Assembly (NCBI GenBank): GCA_037305845.1 | Contig: CP147778.1 | Span: 416,001-480,000, forward strand | Length of the DNA: 64,000 nucleotides | Reading direction: 5' to 3' | Source: Candidatus Freyarchaeum deiterrae | GTDB taxonomy: Archaea > Asgardarchaeota > Jordiarchaeia > Jordiarchaeales > Jordiarchaeaceae | In this document: piece after piece, positions 42,280 through 51,696 of the stretch | Layout: each line of letters opens with the position of its first letter | How positions within the stretch are numbered: position 1 is the first letter of the stretch | Program-made: the position numbers and the translations under genes | Notes under the pieces: generated by a model | Told to the model about the DNA's origin: nothing | The model's database searches: none | Seen by the model: the letters and a program-made list of their open reading frames with translations, nothing else

Positions 42280-43921
42280 GCCTAGAGGTTTAGACAACGC
42301 CCCTCTTATGGAATTGCTTGGCATCACTCCTCCCTCATAAATTCTACTCCCTATTATATTTTTGCGCTCTCTACTCTACCATCACGCGTGATAGATAGAT
42401 GGACGGATGGACACGCTGGGCATCAACTTCGAAGGGAAAAAAAGGAGTAGAAGCAATTCATCAACTTCCCCGAAAGGGAACCCACTCTCCTTTCTCTTTG
42501 GTACTTTTAAAAGAATGATTTATCCCAATAATGCTTAAAAAAGCTGATCTTTCTACAAAAGAGTTGATGACAACCACCAAGAAGAAGAAAAAAAGACAGG
42601 GGTGCATAAGTGGTGCTAGAAACAATTATGGTGACTACTGCTACCAGAACGGAGCAGATCCACCTCCAGCCAAACAGCAGAAATAGCATCAACAACAAAA
42701 ACCTGAGCAGGTTGTGCCACTACTCAAAGAACCTCTATAACCAAGCAAACTACATAGTAAGGCAAAACCTTCTCCAAACCGGAAAATGGACGAGATACGA
42801 GGAGCTCGCGGGGGCGCTCAAGAACGCAGAGAACTACAAGGCCCTCCCCGCGCAAACCGCACAGCAGACCCTGAAAACACTGGATAGAAGCTGGAAATCG
42901 TTCTTCAGAGCAACTCAGGAGTGGAAGAAGAACCCGGACAAGTTCCTCGGCAGACCCAAAATGCCCGGCTACAAAGAGAAGAACGGAGAACACCTACTAA
43001 TCTTCACAAACCAGCAGTGCCGAATAATGAGAGACGGAGAAATAAAATTCCCAAAAAAAGTAGACTTGAAGGTTAAGACACGGTTGGAAGACGAAACCCG
43101 CCTCCGGGAGATCCGAATAGTGCCCGAGGGCGGGGGATACGTCCTAGAGGTAGTTTACCACAGGAGGAGGAGGGCTGTGGAGAAGGAACCGCGAAAACTG
43201 CCCCGGGGTAGAGTGATGGGCGTGGATTTGGGGCTGAGGAACACCGTAACCATCGTAAACAACATTGGTGAGAAGCCGATTGCTGTTAAGGGCGGTGTAC
43301 TAAAGTCCATAAACCAATACTACAACCGGGAAAAGGCGCGGTTGCAGAGCGTCTACGACTGTCAGGGACTTAAGACTACTGGTTCCAAGCTTCTGAAGCT
43401 GACCGGGAAGAGGAATCGGAAAATACATGACTTCTTTCATAAGCTGAGCCGTGGAATCGTGGAGTGGTGCGTCAGAAATGATATAGGTACCATAGTGGTA
43501 GGTTATAATGATAATGGTAGCGGTGGTGGCTGGAAGCAGAGTCCGTGTCTTGGGCGGCGTAACAATCAGAACTTCGTTCAGATACCCTTCCAGAGGCTGC
43601 TGCAGCAGGTCTGCTACAAGGCTGAGGAAGCGGGGATAACCGTGGTGGTACGGGAGGAGAGTTACACCTCGAAGTGCAGTTTCTTGGACAATGAACCTCT
43701 GGGTCATTGTGATGAGTACGCTGGTAGGAGAATAAGCCGGGGCTTGTTCCGGTCGAATAAAGGAGTGGTGATCAACGCGGACGTGAACGCCGCCTACAAC
43801 ATTATAAGGAAGGCATTCCCGGAAGCTTTCACTGCGGACGGGATAGAGGGTGTTGGGCTTCACCCGGTTAGAATGAATCTAAACGCGTTCTAGCAAAGGG
43901 GCTCTTTGAGGAAAGAGCAAC
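42280..43921 (+). mobile_element. Solo-tnpB (IS1341-like) element, no tnpA; left boundary uncertain
   Basis: tnpB with hairpin-rich flanks between pirin and trpA; no transposase in the window. Confidence 0.55.
42610..43893 (+). CDS. tnpB: RNA-guided endonuclease TnpB (IS200/IS605 family)
   Basis: SKNLYNQANY, AQQTL..WKSFF..P..PGYK, GVDLG (RuvC-I), HKLSR, EESYTSK, NADVNAAYNI (RuvC-III). Confidence 0.95.
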   Translation: MVLETIMVTTATRTEQIHLQPNSRNSINNKNLSRLCHYSKNLYNQANYIVRQNLLQTGKWTRYEELAGALKNAENYKALPAQTAQQTLKTLDRSWKSFFRATQEWKKNPDKFLGRPKMPGYKEKNGEHLLIFTNQQCRIMRDGEIKFPKKVDLKVKTRLEDETRLREIRIVPEGGGYVLEVVYHRRRRAVEKEPRKLPRGRVMGVDLGLRNTVTIVNNIGEKPIAVKGGVLKSINQYYNREKARLQSVYDCQGLKTTGSKLLKLTGKRNRKIHDFFHKLSRGIVEWCVRNDIGTIVVGYNDNGSGGGWKQSPCLGRRNNQNFVQIPFQRLLQQVCYKAEEAGITVVVREESYTSKCSFLDNEPLGHCDEYAGRRISRGLFRSNKGVVINADVNAAYNIIRKAFPEAFTADGIEGVGLHPVRMNLNAF

Positions 43922-43941
43922 CTATTTGCCCGAGTGGCTTC
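43805..43941 (+). ncRNA. Putative omega-RNA (scaffold to ~43921, guide following)
   Basis: Stems GAAGGC/GCTTTC, GGGTG/CACCC, TAGAA/TTCTA and GCTCTTT/AAAGAGC overlapping and following the tnpB 3' end, the expected omega-RNA position. Confidence 0.5.
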
Positions 43942-43947
43942 TTCTTG

Positions 43948-44784
43948 TTAGGTATGTGGTTTTTTTATGGTTGCTTTTTTTAGTTGGCTGGCGTAGTCTT
44001 TGAGTGTTTCTAGCATTTCTTCTACTTCTTCTTCGTCGTTGTTGTTGTATTTTTTTTCTATGATTTTTATGAATTCGCTTCCCACTATGGCGGCTTCTGC
44101 TCCGTTTTGTATAATGGTTTTCACATGGTCAGGCTTTGAGATTCCGAAACCTACGGCTAAGGGGATTTTTTGCTTTGTGATTTGAAGTGTTTTTCTAATC
44201 AGTTTTATGGTGTAGTCTTGAATATTGTCTCTGGCTCCTGTTACTCCGTAAACTGAGACGAGGTAGAGGAAGCCTGATGTGTTTTCCACTATTTTTCTTA
44301 GGCGTTCCGTTGGGGTTGATGGGGCTGCTAGGAATATTGTATCCACTCCGTGTATTTCTGCGATCTTCTTGTACTCGGCGGCTTCTTCTATGGGGAGGTC
44401 TGGGACGATTACTCCGTCGACTCCTGCTGCCTTGGCGGATTCGAAGAAGTTTTTTGTTCCCATTCTGAAAATTGGGTTATAATAGGTCATTATTACGAGT
44501 GGTGTTTTGTTTTTTTCTTTGATTTCTTCGATTATTTTGAGCACCCCTTTTGGTGTTGTTCCTGCTTTCAATGCTTTGGTGGCTGCGGTTTGGATGGTTG
44601 GTCCATCGGCTATGGGGTCGGAGAATGGAATTCCCAGTTCCATGATGTCTGCTCCCCCTTCAACTAGAGTGTCTACTATTTGGGGTGTCAGTGCCGGTTC
44701 GGGATAGCCAGCGGTGACGTAAGCGATTAAGCCGCCTTCGTCTTGGGTTCTGAGTTTTGAGAATGTTTTTTCTATATCTCTCAT
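43948..44784 (-). CDS. trpA: Tryptophan synthase alpha
   Basis: [41 protein letters not shown]. Confidence 0.97.
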   Translation of the reverse strand: MRDIEKTFSKLRTQDEGGLIAYVTAGYPEPALTPQIVDTLVEGGADIMELGIPFSDPIADGPTIQTAATKALKAGTTPKGVLKIIEEIKEKNKTPLVIMTYYNPIFRMGTKNFFESAKAAGVDGVIVPDLPIEEAAEYKKIAEIHGVDTIFLAAPSTPTERLRKIVENTSGFLYLVSVYGVTGARDNIQDYTIKLIRKTLQITKQKIPLAVGFGISKPDHVKTIIQNGAEAAIVGSEFIKIIEKKYNNNDEEEVEEMLETLKDYASQLKKATIKKPHT

Positions 44785-45977
44785 ATTTTCTCACCTAGAT
44801 ATTTGGCTACCACTTCAGTGTCTTTGTCTCCTCTCCCAGATATGGTTACCACGATTATCTTGTCTTTGGTTAAGGTTGGGGCTAGCTTTATGGCGAATGC
44901 TAACGCGTGGGATGGCTCCAATGCTGGAATTATTCCCTCTTTTTGGGATAGTTCGAGGAAAGCATTTACTGCTTCTTTATCTGTTGCGGCGGCGTATTGG
45001 GCTCTACCTATGCTTTTGAGGAAGGAGTGTTCGGGTCCGACTCCTGGGTAGTCTAGTCCTGCTGAGATGCTGTTAGTGTCCAGTATCTGGCCGTTTTCGT
45101 CTTGGAGAATGTATGTTAGCATTCCGTGGAATACGCCTTCGGCTCCTCCGATTAGTGAGGCGGCGTGTTTTCCGGTGTCTATTCCTTGTCCTGCAGCTTC
45201 AACGCCGTATAGCTCAACTTCTTCGTCGTCTAGGAAGGGATGGAATGTTCCTATGGCGTTGCTTCCTCCGCCTACGCATGCGATGAGGGCGTCGGGAAGT
45301 CTTTCTTCCTTTTGTAGTATTTGCTGCTTTAACTCGTTTCCAATGACGCTCTGGAAGTCTCTGACCATCATGGGGTAGGGGTGTGGTCCTACCACGGAGC
45401 CTATGAGGTAGTATGTGTCTTGGACGTTTGCTACCCAGTCTCTTAGGGCTTCGTTTATGGAGTCTTTCAGGGTTTTTGTTCCGGATTCTACTTGGTGGAC
45501 TTGGGCTCCGAGTAGTTTCATTCTGAAGACGTTGAGCTTTTGCCGTTCTATGTCTTCGGCTCCCATGTAGACCTCGGCTTTCAATCCCAATACTGCGCAG
45601 GATATGGCGGTGGCGACTCCGTGTTGCCCTGCACCGGTTTCTGCTATGATTCTTGTCTTTCCCATTCTTTTTGCGAGCAGGGCTTGCCCCAACGTGTTAT
45701 TTATCTTGTGGGCTCCTCCGTGGGCTAGGTCCTCCCGTTTGAGGTAGATTTTTGCTCCGCCGAGTTTCTTGGTCAAGTTTTCCGCGTAGTACAGGGGGGT
45801 GGGTCTTCCGGCGTACTCTGAAAGGTAATAGTTCAATTGTTTTTGGAATTCTGGATCCTTTTTTGCTTCTTCGTATGCTTTCTCAAGTTCTTTAACTGCG
45901 GTCATTAGGGTTTCTGGGATGAACTGCCCGCCGTGTTTCCCGTATTTACCATTTATGGGGTATTTCTTCAATTCCAT
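44781..45977 (-). CDS. trpB: Tryptophan synthase beta (TrpB1)
   Basis: [47 protein letters not shown]. Confidence 0.98.
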   Translation of the reverse strand: MELKKYPINGKYGKHGGQFIPETLMTAVKELEKAYEEAKKDPEFQKQLNYYLSEYAGRPTPLYYAENLTKKLGGAKIYLKREDLAHGGAHKINNTLGQALLAKRMGKTRIIAETGAGQHGVATAISCAVLGLKAEVYMGAEDIERQKLNVFRMKLLGAQVHQVESGTKTLKDSINEALRDWVANVQDTYYLIGSVVGPHPYPMMVRDFQSVIGNELKQQILQKEERLPDALIACVGGGSNAIGTFHPFLDDEEVELYGVEAAGQGIDTGKHAASLIGGAEGVFHGMLTYILQDENGQILDTNSISAGLDYPGVGPEHSFLKSIGRAQYAAATDKEAVNAFLELSQKEGIIPALEPSHALAFAIKLAPTLTKDKIIVVTISGRGDKDTEVVAKYLGEKI

Positions 45978-46624
45978 TGCATCTCAACTTCCTTAGCGTT
46001 TTTTATGAATTCGGATACTTTTTTGGGGTCTTTTACTCCTGGTTTTGCCTCAACACCGCTGGAGACGTCGACGGCGTAGGGTTTAACCAGTTGTATGGCT
46101 TCCTTCACATTTTCTGGCTTTAATCCTCCGGCTAGGATTAGCGGTTTGGGGTATATGGCTTCCCTAACAAGTTTGCTGAGTTTCCAGTCATGAGTTATTC
46201 CTGTGCCTCCATACTTTCCTGAGACAAGAGAGTCTAGGAGTATCGCGTCCAGTATGTTTGCGGCTTCCTTGGCAGTGTTGGCTGCTTGAGGTTCAGCTTG
46301 GATTGCCCCTATCAGGTGAATGTAAGGTAAGCTTTTTCGTATCTCTTTGTATCTTTGGTTCAAGCCGTGGATTTGAATGGTGCTGGGATTCAATTCTTTG
46401 TGAATCTTCTCTAGATGACCAAGGTCTTTGGGGACTGTAACTACGACTGTTTCCACGAATATCGGAGCGGATTTTATTATTTCCTTGGCTTTGTTTATGG
46501 AGAGGTTTCTTGGAGATTGGGGTACATCTACGACAAAACCTACTGCGTCTGCTCCAGCGTCCACGGCTATTTGGAGATCTTTGGTGGAGGTTATTCCGCA
46601 TATCTTAACACGAACCCGACTCAC
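45968..46624 (-). CDS. trpF: Phosphoribosylanthranilate isomerase
   Basis: [30 protein letters not shown]; GTG start overlaps the trpC stop. Confidence 0.95.
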   Translation of the reverse strand: MSRVRVKICGITSTKDLQIAVDAGADAVGFVVDVPQSPRNLSINKAKEIIKSAPIFVETVVVTVPKDLGHLEKIHKELNPSTIQIHGLNQRYKEIRKSLPYIHLIGAIQAEPQAANTAKEAANILDAILLDSLVSGKYGGTGITHDWKLSKLVREAIYPKPLILAGGLKPENVKEAIQLVKPYAVDVSSGVEAKPGVKDPKKVSEFIKNAKEVEMQWN

Positions 46625-47403
46625 AGCGATTCCACCAACTCTTTCACTTTTTCCTCTATGTTGCCGGCCTTCATGATAGCAGTTCCTACGAGGAATGCTT
46701 GGGCTCCGCAATTTCGGAGGAAGCGTATGTCTTGCGAAGTGTTTATGCCACTTTCGCTCACAATCACTCTTCCTTCGGTACCGTGTTTGGTTAAGATGTG
46801 CTTTGTGACTTCTAGATTTACTTTGAGCGTTTTTAGGTCACGGTTGTTTATGCCGATCATGTCGGAGTCGGTCTTGAGTGCGTTGAGAAACTCGTTTTCA
46901 GTGTGTACCTCTAAGAGTGTTTCTAGGCCTTTGGAATGGGTGTGTTCAATCATGCTCTGAACATTCTCTTCGCAGTAACCTCTATCAAAGAGTGCCTGTA
47001 TTAGTAGAATTGTGTTTGCGCCATTTCTTGAGGCGAATTCAATTTGTTCCAGACTTAAGATAAAGTCCTTCATTAGTATTGGTACATCCACTTGGTCTCG
47101 TACTTGGGTTATGAACTTGACGTTGCCTTTGAAGTGTTTTGGTTCTGTTAGAATTGATATGCCGACACTGCCTCCCTTCTCCATATCCTTAGCAATCTTT
47201 CCCAAGTCGCTATTCTCCCTTATGGTGCCTTTGGAAGGCGATGCGAACTTGATCTCGGATATGATTGGATTTCCCTTACCGCTCGTAATAATAGCTTCTT
47301 TCAAGCTTTTGGGAGTAGCTGCTACCTTTGCGGTAGTTTCGTAGTATCCTTCTTTTATCGACCTCATTGCGTCTTTAGCTAGTACGTCAATGTAATCAGG
47401 CAT
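46621..47403 (-). CDS. trpC: Indole-3-glycerol phosphate synthase
   Basis: EIKFASPSKG, SILTEP, LMKDF, GINNRDL, VSESGI. Confidence 0.96.
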   Translation of the reverse strand: MPDYIDVLAKDAMRSIKEGYYETTAKVAATPKSLKEAIITSGKGNPIISEIKFASPSKGTIRENSDLGKIAKDMEKGGSVGISILTEPKHFKGNVKFITQVRDQVDVPILMKDFILSLEQIEFASRNGANTILLIQALFDRGYCEENVQSMIEHTHSKGLETLLEVHTENEFLNALKTDSDMIGINNRDLKTLKVNLEVTKHILTKHGTEGRVIVSESGINTSQDIRFLRNCGAQAFLVGTAIMKAGNIEEKVKELVESL

Positions 47404-48454
47404 ACTTCCTTTCATACTCCTCAAGCTTCGATAGCTGCCCGCCGGAAGCTTTGACCATCATCTTTAATTTTTCATATGCGGCTCCGCTTTCGATGGAGTC
47501 AGACGCCAGTTCAATTCCTTCCGATAAATCTCCGGCTTTACCGCCGACAAGTATTCCAGCCGCTGAGTTAAGCAGAACTATGTCTCTTTTCGGGTCTTGC
47601 TTAGAGATGTTGTTTAATAGTTTGAACGTGAGTTCAGCGCTCTCTTCTGGTGTAGTTCCACATATCTCCTGTGGCTTAGCTATTTTGAAACCATAGTCTT
47701 TAGGGGTTATCTCTTTGAGGGATACTTCTCCGTCTCTGAGTTGGGCTATTGATGTTTTGCCAATTATTGAGATTTCATCCAATCCGTCCAAGCCGTGAAC
47801 CACCATGGCTTCTTCACAGCCTAGTTCCCCTAAAACGTGGGCTAGTGGTTCCACTAGTTCTTTACTATAAACGCCGAGTAATTGGGCGTTAGCACCTGCT
47901 GGATTTGTTAATGGTCCGAGAATGTTGAAGACGGTTCGGATTCCTATTTCCCTCCGAGGGCCAATAGCATGTTTCATTGCAGGGTGGAAGTTTGGAGCGA
48001 ACATGAATCCTATTCCCACATTCTCGATAATTTTTTCAACAGCTTTCGGTTCCAAATTGAGGTTGTAGCCGAGTTGCTCTAGCACGTCGCTGCTGCCGCT
48101 TTTACTGGTAACTGATCGATTGCCGTGCTTAGCTACGGCGACTCCTGCGCCTGCAACTATGAAGGCTGCTGCGGTGCTTACGTTAAAGGTTTTCATCTTG
48201 TCTCCTCCGGTTCCACAGGTATCTACTAGTCGACCGCTAACTTTTGGATGAATTTTATAGCAAAACTCTCTCATCACGGATGCGAAAGCTGATATTTCCT
48301 GTACAGTTTCCCCCTTCATTCTCAGAGCAGTTAGGAATGCTCCGATCTGAGCCTGTGTGGCAGCGCCTGACATTATCTCCTTCATTGTGTCCCTAGCTTC
48401 TTGTTGTTCCAAGTCTTTTCCTTCAACTATTTTTTGTATGTTTTCCTTTATCAT
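47396..48454 (-). CDS. trpD: Anthranilate phosphoribosyltransferase
   Basis: DTCGTGGD, FNVST, KHGNRSVTSKSGSSD, RTVFNILGPLTNP, GLDEIS. Confidence 0.97.
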   Translation of the reverse strand: MIKENIQKIVEGKDLEQQEARDTMKEIMSGAATQAQIGAFLTALRMKGETVQEISAFASVMREFCYKIHPKVSGRLVDTCGTGGDKMKTFNVSTAAAFIVAGAGVAVAKHGNRSVTSKSGSSDVLEQLGYNLNLEPKAVEKIIENVGIGFMFAPNFHPAMKHAIGPRREIGIRTVFNILGPLTNPAGANAQLLGVYSKELVEPLAHVLGELGCEEAMVVHGLDGLDEISIIGKTSIAQLRDGEVSLKEITPKDYGFKIAKPQEICGTTPEESAELTFKLLNNISKQDPKRDIVLLNSAAGILVGGKAGDLSEGIELASDSIESGAAYEKLKMMVKASGGQLSKLEEYERKYA

Positions 48455-48458
48455 GCTA

Positions 48459-49040
48459 TCACTCGCCCGCAAGAAAGTTTTTTATCAGTCTATTTCCGTT
48501 TATCGTGAGTATGGATTCGGGGTGAAATTGAACTCCTTCAATCGGATATTCTAAATGCCGGACTCCCATGATTTCTCCACCATCTATTGCCTCGGCTGTA
48601 ATTTCCAAGCATGACGGTGTAGTTTCCCTATCGCCAACTAGGGAGTGGTAACGAGTAGCCTCAAAGGGATTCTTCATTCCCTTAAAGACTCCTTTGCCAT
48701 CATGTTTTATGAGGCTCGTTTTTCCATGCTTCAAATTACTCGCGCGGATAATCTTCCCACCAAAAGTGGAGAAGATTCCCTGGTGCCCTAGACACACGCC
48801 CAGTGTGGGAATTTTACAACTCATTTTTCGCAAAATTTCGGAGCATACACCGAAGTATCGCACATCTTCCGGCGTGCCGGGACCAGGAGAAATTATTATT
48901 CTATCCGGGCGGAGTTTGGTTGCTTTCTTCAAGGTTATTTCGTCATTTCTATAGACTAGGGGTTCTGCCCCAAGTTCTCCTACGTACTGCACAAGATTGT
49001 AGACGAAGGAGTCATAATTATCGATAATAAGAACTTTCAT
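48459..49040 (-). CDS. trpG: Anthranilate synthase component II
   Basis: IDNYDSF, SPGPG, GVCLGHQ, RYHSL, QFHPES. Confidence 0.97.
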   Translation of the reverse strand: MKVLIIDNYDSFVYNLVQYVGELGAEPLVYRNDEITLKKATKLRPDRIIISPGPGTPEDVRYFGVCSEILRKMSCKIPTLGVCLGHQGIFSTFGGKIIRASNLKHGKTSLIKHDGKGVFKGMKNPFEATRYHSLVGDRETTPSCLEITAEAIDGGEIMGVRHLEYPIEGVQFHPESILTINGNRLIKNFLAGE

Positions 49041-50437
49041 AATTTGACCTCCGATAATTCTAAAGCCTTCTGCAAGGCTCCAAGTTTATGTTCAGTTTCG
49101 AACCATTCCGTTTCAGGCACCGAGTCGGCTACTATTCCCGCTCCAGCTTGTATGAAGCATCTATGCTTATCCGCTACCAGTGTTCGTATTGTAATAGCGA
49201 AGTCCATATTGCCATTATAAGAGAAGTAGCCGAGAGCTCCCGCGTATGGGCCTCTCCTCGTGGGTTCAAGTTCCTCAATTATTTCCATCGCTCTTACTTT
49301 GGGGGCTCCAGAAACTGTTCCCGCTGGAAAAACCGCTCTCATGGCATCGTAGCAGTTACGGTCATCTCTTAGCTTGCCCACTACTCTAGAAACTATGTGC
49401 TGAACATGGCTGTACTCATGTACCTCCATGAATTCTGGAACGTGGACACTTCCGAAACTCGAAACCTTACCCAAGTCGTTCCTAGCCAAGTCTACTAGCA
49501 TCACATGTTCGGCGCATTCCTTCTCGTCAGATAAGAGATCTTTTGCTAAAGCCCTATTTTTAGCGGGGTCTTCCACTCTGGGTCTGGTGCCAGCTATAGG
49601 GAAGGTCTCCACCGCGTTTCCATCAACTCTCACAAGCATCTCGGGACTGGATCCTATGATTTTCCGTTCTCCCATTTTTAAGAAATACATGTATGGAGAA
49701 GGATTGATCTCTCGTAATGCCAAGTAGAATCTAGTCAGATCTCCTTTGAACTTGAACTCCTTCCTCTTCGAAGGAACGACCTGAAAAATATCGCCTGACG
49801 CTATGTATTTTTTGGCGTTCTTAACTGATTCTTCGTACTGTTCTTTTGTGACGTTAAACTTGGGACTGGTAAAGGATAAACTTCCAGGGTTGTAGGGCTC
49901 CTTTGCTAATTCTAATAATTCGTCTGAGTGGTCTTCATCCCTGTAATAGTAGAGGGTCTCTCCTCGGATGTGGTCGAATACGACGCCATCATCATAAATG
50001 CCCATCTGAATATCTGGAAATTCCAGGTCGTCTACAGCTCGGTTGGGAAGCTTTTCAAAGTAACGTATTGCGTCATAGGAGATGTATCCCACGGCGCCGC
50101 CTTCCAACCTGAATCTTTTTTGGTTGGATTTTGTTCCAAGTACCTCTTCTAATACCTTGAGGGGATCGTTGGCTTTGGTTATATTCTTCTCCCCAGATTC
50201 CATATCTTGTAGTGTTACCTCGCCGTCTTTCGCCGTTACCAACATTTTCGGCATGAATCCGATGAACGAATATTGGGCCAGCTTTTTCGGCCCCTCCATG
50301 GATTCGAGGAGGTATGCGTGCTCGTATTTTTCTTGTATTTTCAAAAAGAGTTCGGTTGGTGAGAACGAAGTTGGAAACTTTTTAATATTCAACCGAGAGA
50401 TAGGCTTGCTTTCGCTCTTCTTGATGTACTGCTGCAA
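49037..50437 (-). CDS. trpE: Anthranilate synthase component I (true start unclear, see findings)
   Basis: LLES Trp-feedback motif, [36 protein letters not shown]. Confidence 0.96.
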   Translation of the reverse strand: MQQYIKKSESKPISRLNIKKFPTSFSPTELFLKIQEKYEHAYLLESMEGPKKLAQYSFIGFMPKMLVTAKDGEVTLQDMESGEKNITKANDPLKVLEEVLGTKSNQKRFRLEGGAVGYISYDAIRYFEKLPNRAVDDLEFPDIQMGIYDDGVVFDHIRGETLYYYRDEDHSDELLELAKEPYNPGSLSFTSPKFNVTKEQYEESVKNAKKYIASGDIFQVVPSKRKEFKFKGDLTRFYLALREINPSPYMYFLKMGERKIIGSSPEMLVRVDGNAVETFPIAGTRPRVEDPAKNRALAKDLLSDEKECAEHVMLVDLARNDLGKVSSFGSVHVPEFMEVHEYSHVQHIVSRVVGKLRDDRNCYDAMRAVFPAGTVSGAPKVRAMEIIEELEPTRRGPYAGALGYFSYNGNMDFAITIRTLVADKHRCFIQAGAGIVADSVPETEWFETEHKLGALQKALELSEVKL

Positions 50438-50462
50438 TTTGTAGCCAAAGATGATTCCTCAC
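50382..50462 (-). CDS. Putative trpE leader ORF (26 aa, single Trp codon), out of frame with trpE
   Basis: GGAGG at 50470-50474, 7-nt spacer, GTG AGG AAT CAT CTT TGG CTA.. = [26 protein letters not shown]. Confidence 0.5.
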   Translation of the reverse strand: MRNHLWLQIAAVHQEERKQAYLSVEY

Positions 50463-50512
50463 TGTAAAGCCTCCTATAATAAAGCCTAATTATAAGAATT
50501 TATACCCATGTG

Positions 50513-50546
50513 TTATATTTAAAACTTATGTGTACAAAAATATACA
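50513..50546 (-). promoter_or_regulatory. trp promoter TATA with adjacent TRP-box-like pair
   Basis: TTTAAATA at 50516-50523; TGTACA-AAAA-TATACA at 50531-50546. Confidence 0.55.
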
Positions 50547-50674
50547 TAAATAAAATAATTTTTAGTTCATAAACTAGTTAAAATCAAATCTTTGAGAAGG
50601 GCGTTATAAGAAAAAGTATTCCCATAATTACGGAGATTAAAAGCTAAAAAGGAAGTTCTGCATAATAATTTCTA

Positions 50675-51553
50675 GTGAATTTTATGAACCAAAAAATAAA
50701 TGATTCGGATACTAAAAACCCGAGTTTGGATGCAGAAATTAACGCTGTAATTGATGTGGAGCAGTTACAGGTATTGACGAACAAGCATCTGGAGGAAATG
50801 GTGAACAAGGTTTCAGCCATGTTTCCCATGCGGGGCCTCAGTGAGTTCCTCAGGTTTCAAAGCAACGAGTTTGCCTCAAATCTTTTTCAGGCCATCCTAA
50901 CTGTGTTGGAGAAAAAAGGGGAGAAAACAGGTGGAGGAAAGGAAGGAAACAATCGGGTATATCAAGAACTCAAAAAACAATTGAAACACACTTTGAGTAA
51001 AATTATAGAGAATATTGAAAAGTGGGGAACTCCCCTCGGGGAGAGAGATTCCGAAGAAGAAACAAGCGTAGAGAACGCAGTGCCCGTGAGTCCAAAAGTG
51101 ATGAGTAAGGCAGTTTTTGGCGGAGTAAAGGTGGAACAGGAACAATCTTTACCCGAATTGAAGGAAGAGAAGAAAGAGAAACTGAGTGATAATGAAGATC
51201 AGAAATTGATTAGATTTCTGGGAGAGCAGAGAGAAAAGTATAATCCCTTTATCTATGCTTCTGGAGAGGAGGAAATAGTTCATCTCCGTGGACAGGTTGA
51301 AGGCTTGACACGAATTATAGACCGTGTTAAACCCCTTGTAGAAACAGATCCGAGGTACAAGACTATCGTTTTCATCGGAAACCGGGGAGGAACTACTGCC
51401 GAGGAGCTGGGTGATTACCTAGGTCTAACTGAGGGGAAGCGGAAAAGTCTCGTCAAGGAGCTCAAGAACCTTGAAATGATAGATGTTAACGAAAACGGTA
51501 TGATTGTTTTAAAACCCATAAAGACTGAGGAAGAGAAAAAGAAAGAGTTATAA
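50675..51553 (+). CDS. Hypothetical protein with coiled coil and C-terminal winged-helix
   Basis: Long ORF; DPRYKTI..GGTTAEELGDYLGL..LVKELKNLEMID has wHTH spacing. Confidence 0.7.
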   Translation: MNFMNQKINDSDTKNPSLDAEINAVIDVEQLQVLTNKHLEEMVNKVSAMFPMRGLSEFLRFQSNEFASNLFQAILTVLEKKGEKTGGGKEGNNRVYQELKKQLKHTLSKIIENIEKWGTPLGERDSEEETSVENAVPVSPKVMSKAVFGGVKVEQEQSLPELKEEKKEKLSDNEDQKLIRFLGEQREKYNPFIYASGEEEIVHLRGQVEGLTRIIDRVKPLVETDPRYKTIVFIGNRGGTTAEELGDYLGLTEGKRKSLVKELKNLEMIDVNENGMIVLKPIKTEEEKKKEL

Positions 51554-51696
51554 GATTCTCAAAAACCTACGAAAAGAGTATAACCTGAGACTAGAGGCCC
51601 TAAAGTTAGACGTGGAGAACGGTCTAGACATAATTATTTGACAAACATTTGTAACTTTCTTGAATTAAAAGGAAGGCGTTAAATCAACTTTTGAGT

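Noticed and set aside
50382-50480. Classical trp attenuator
   Set aside because: No tandem Trp codons and no terminator/antiterminator hairpins; the leader overlaps trpE instead
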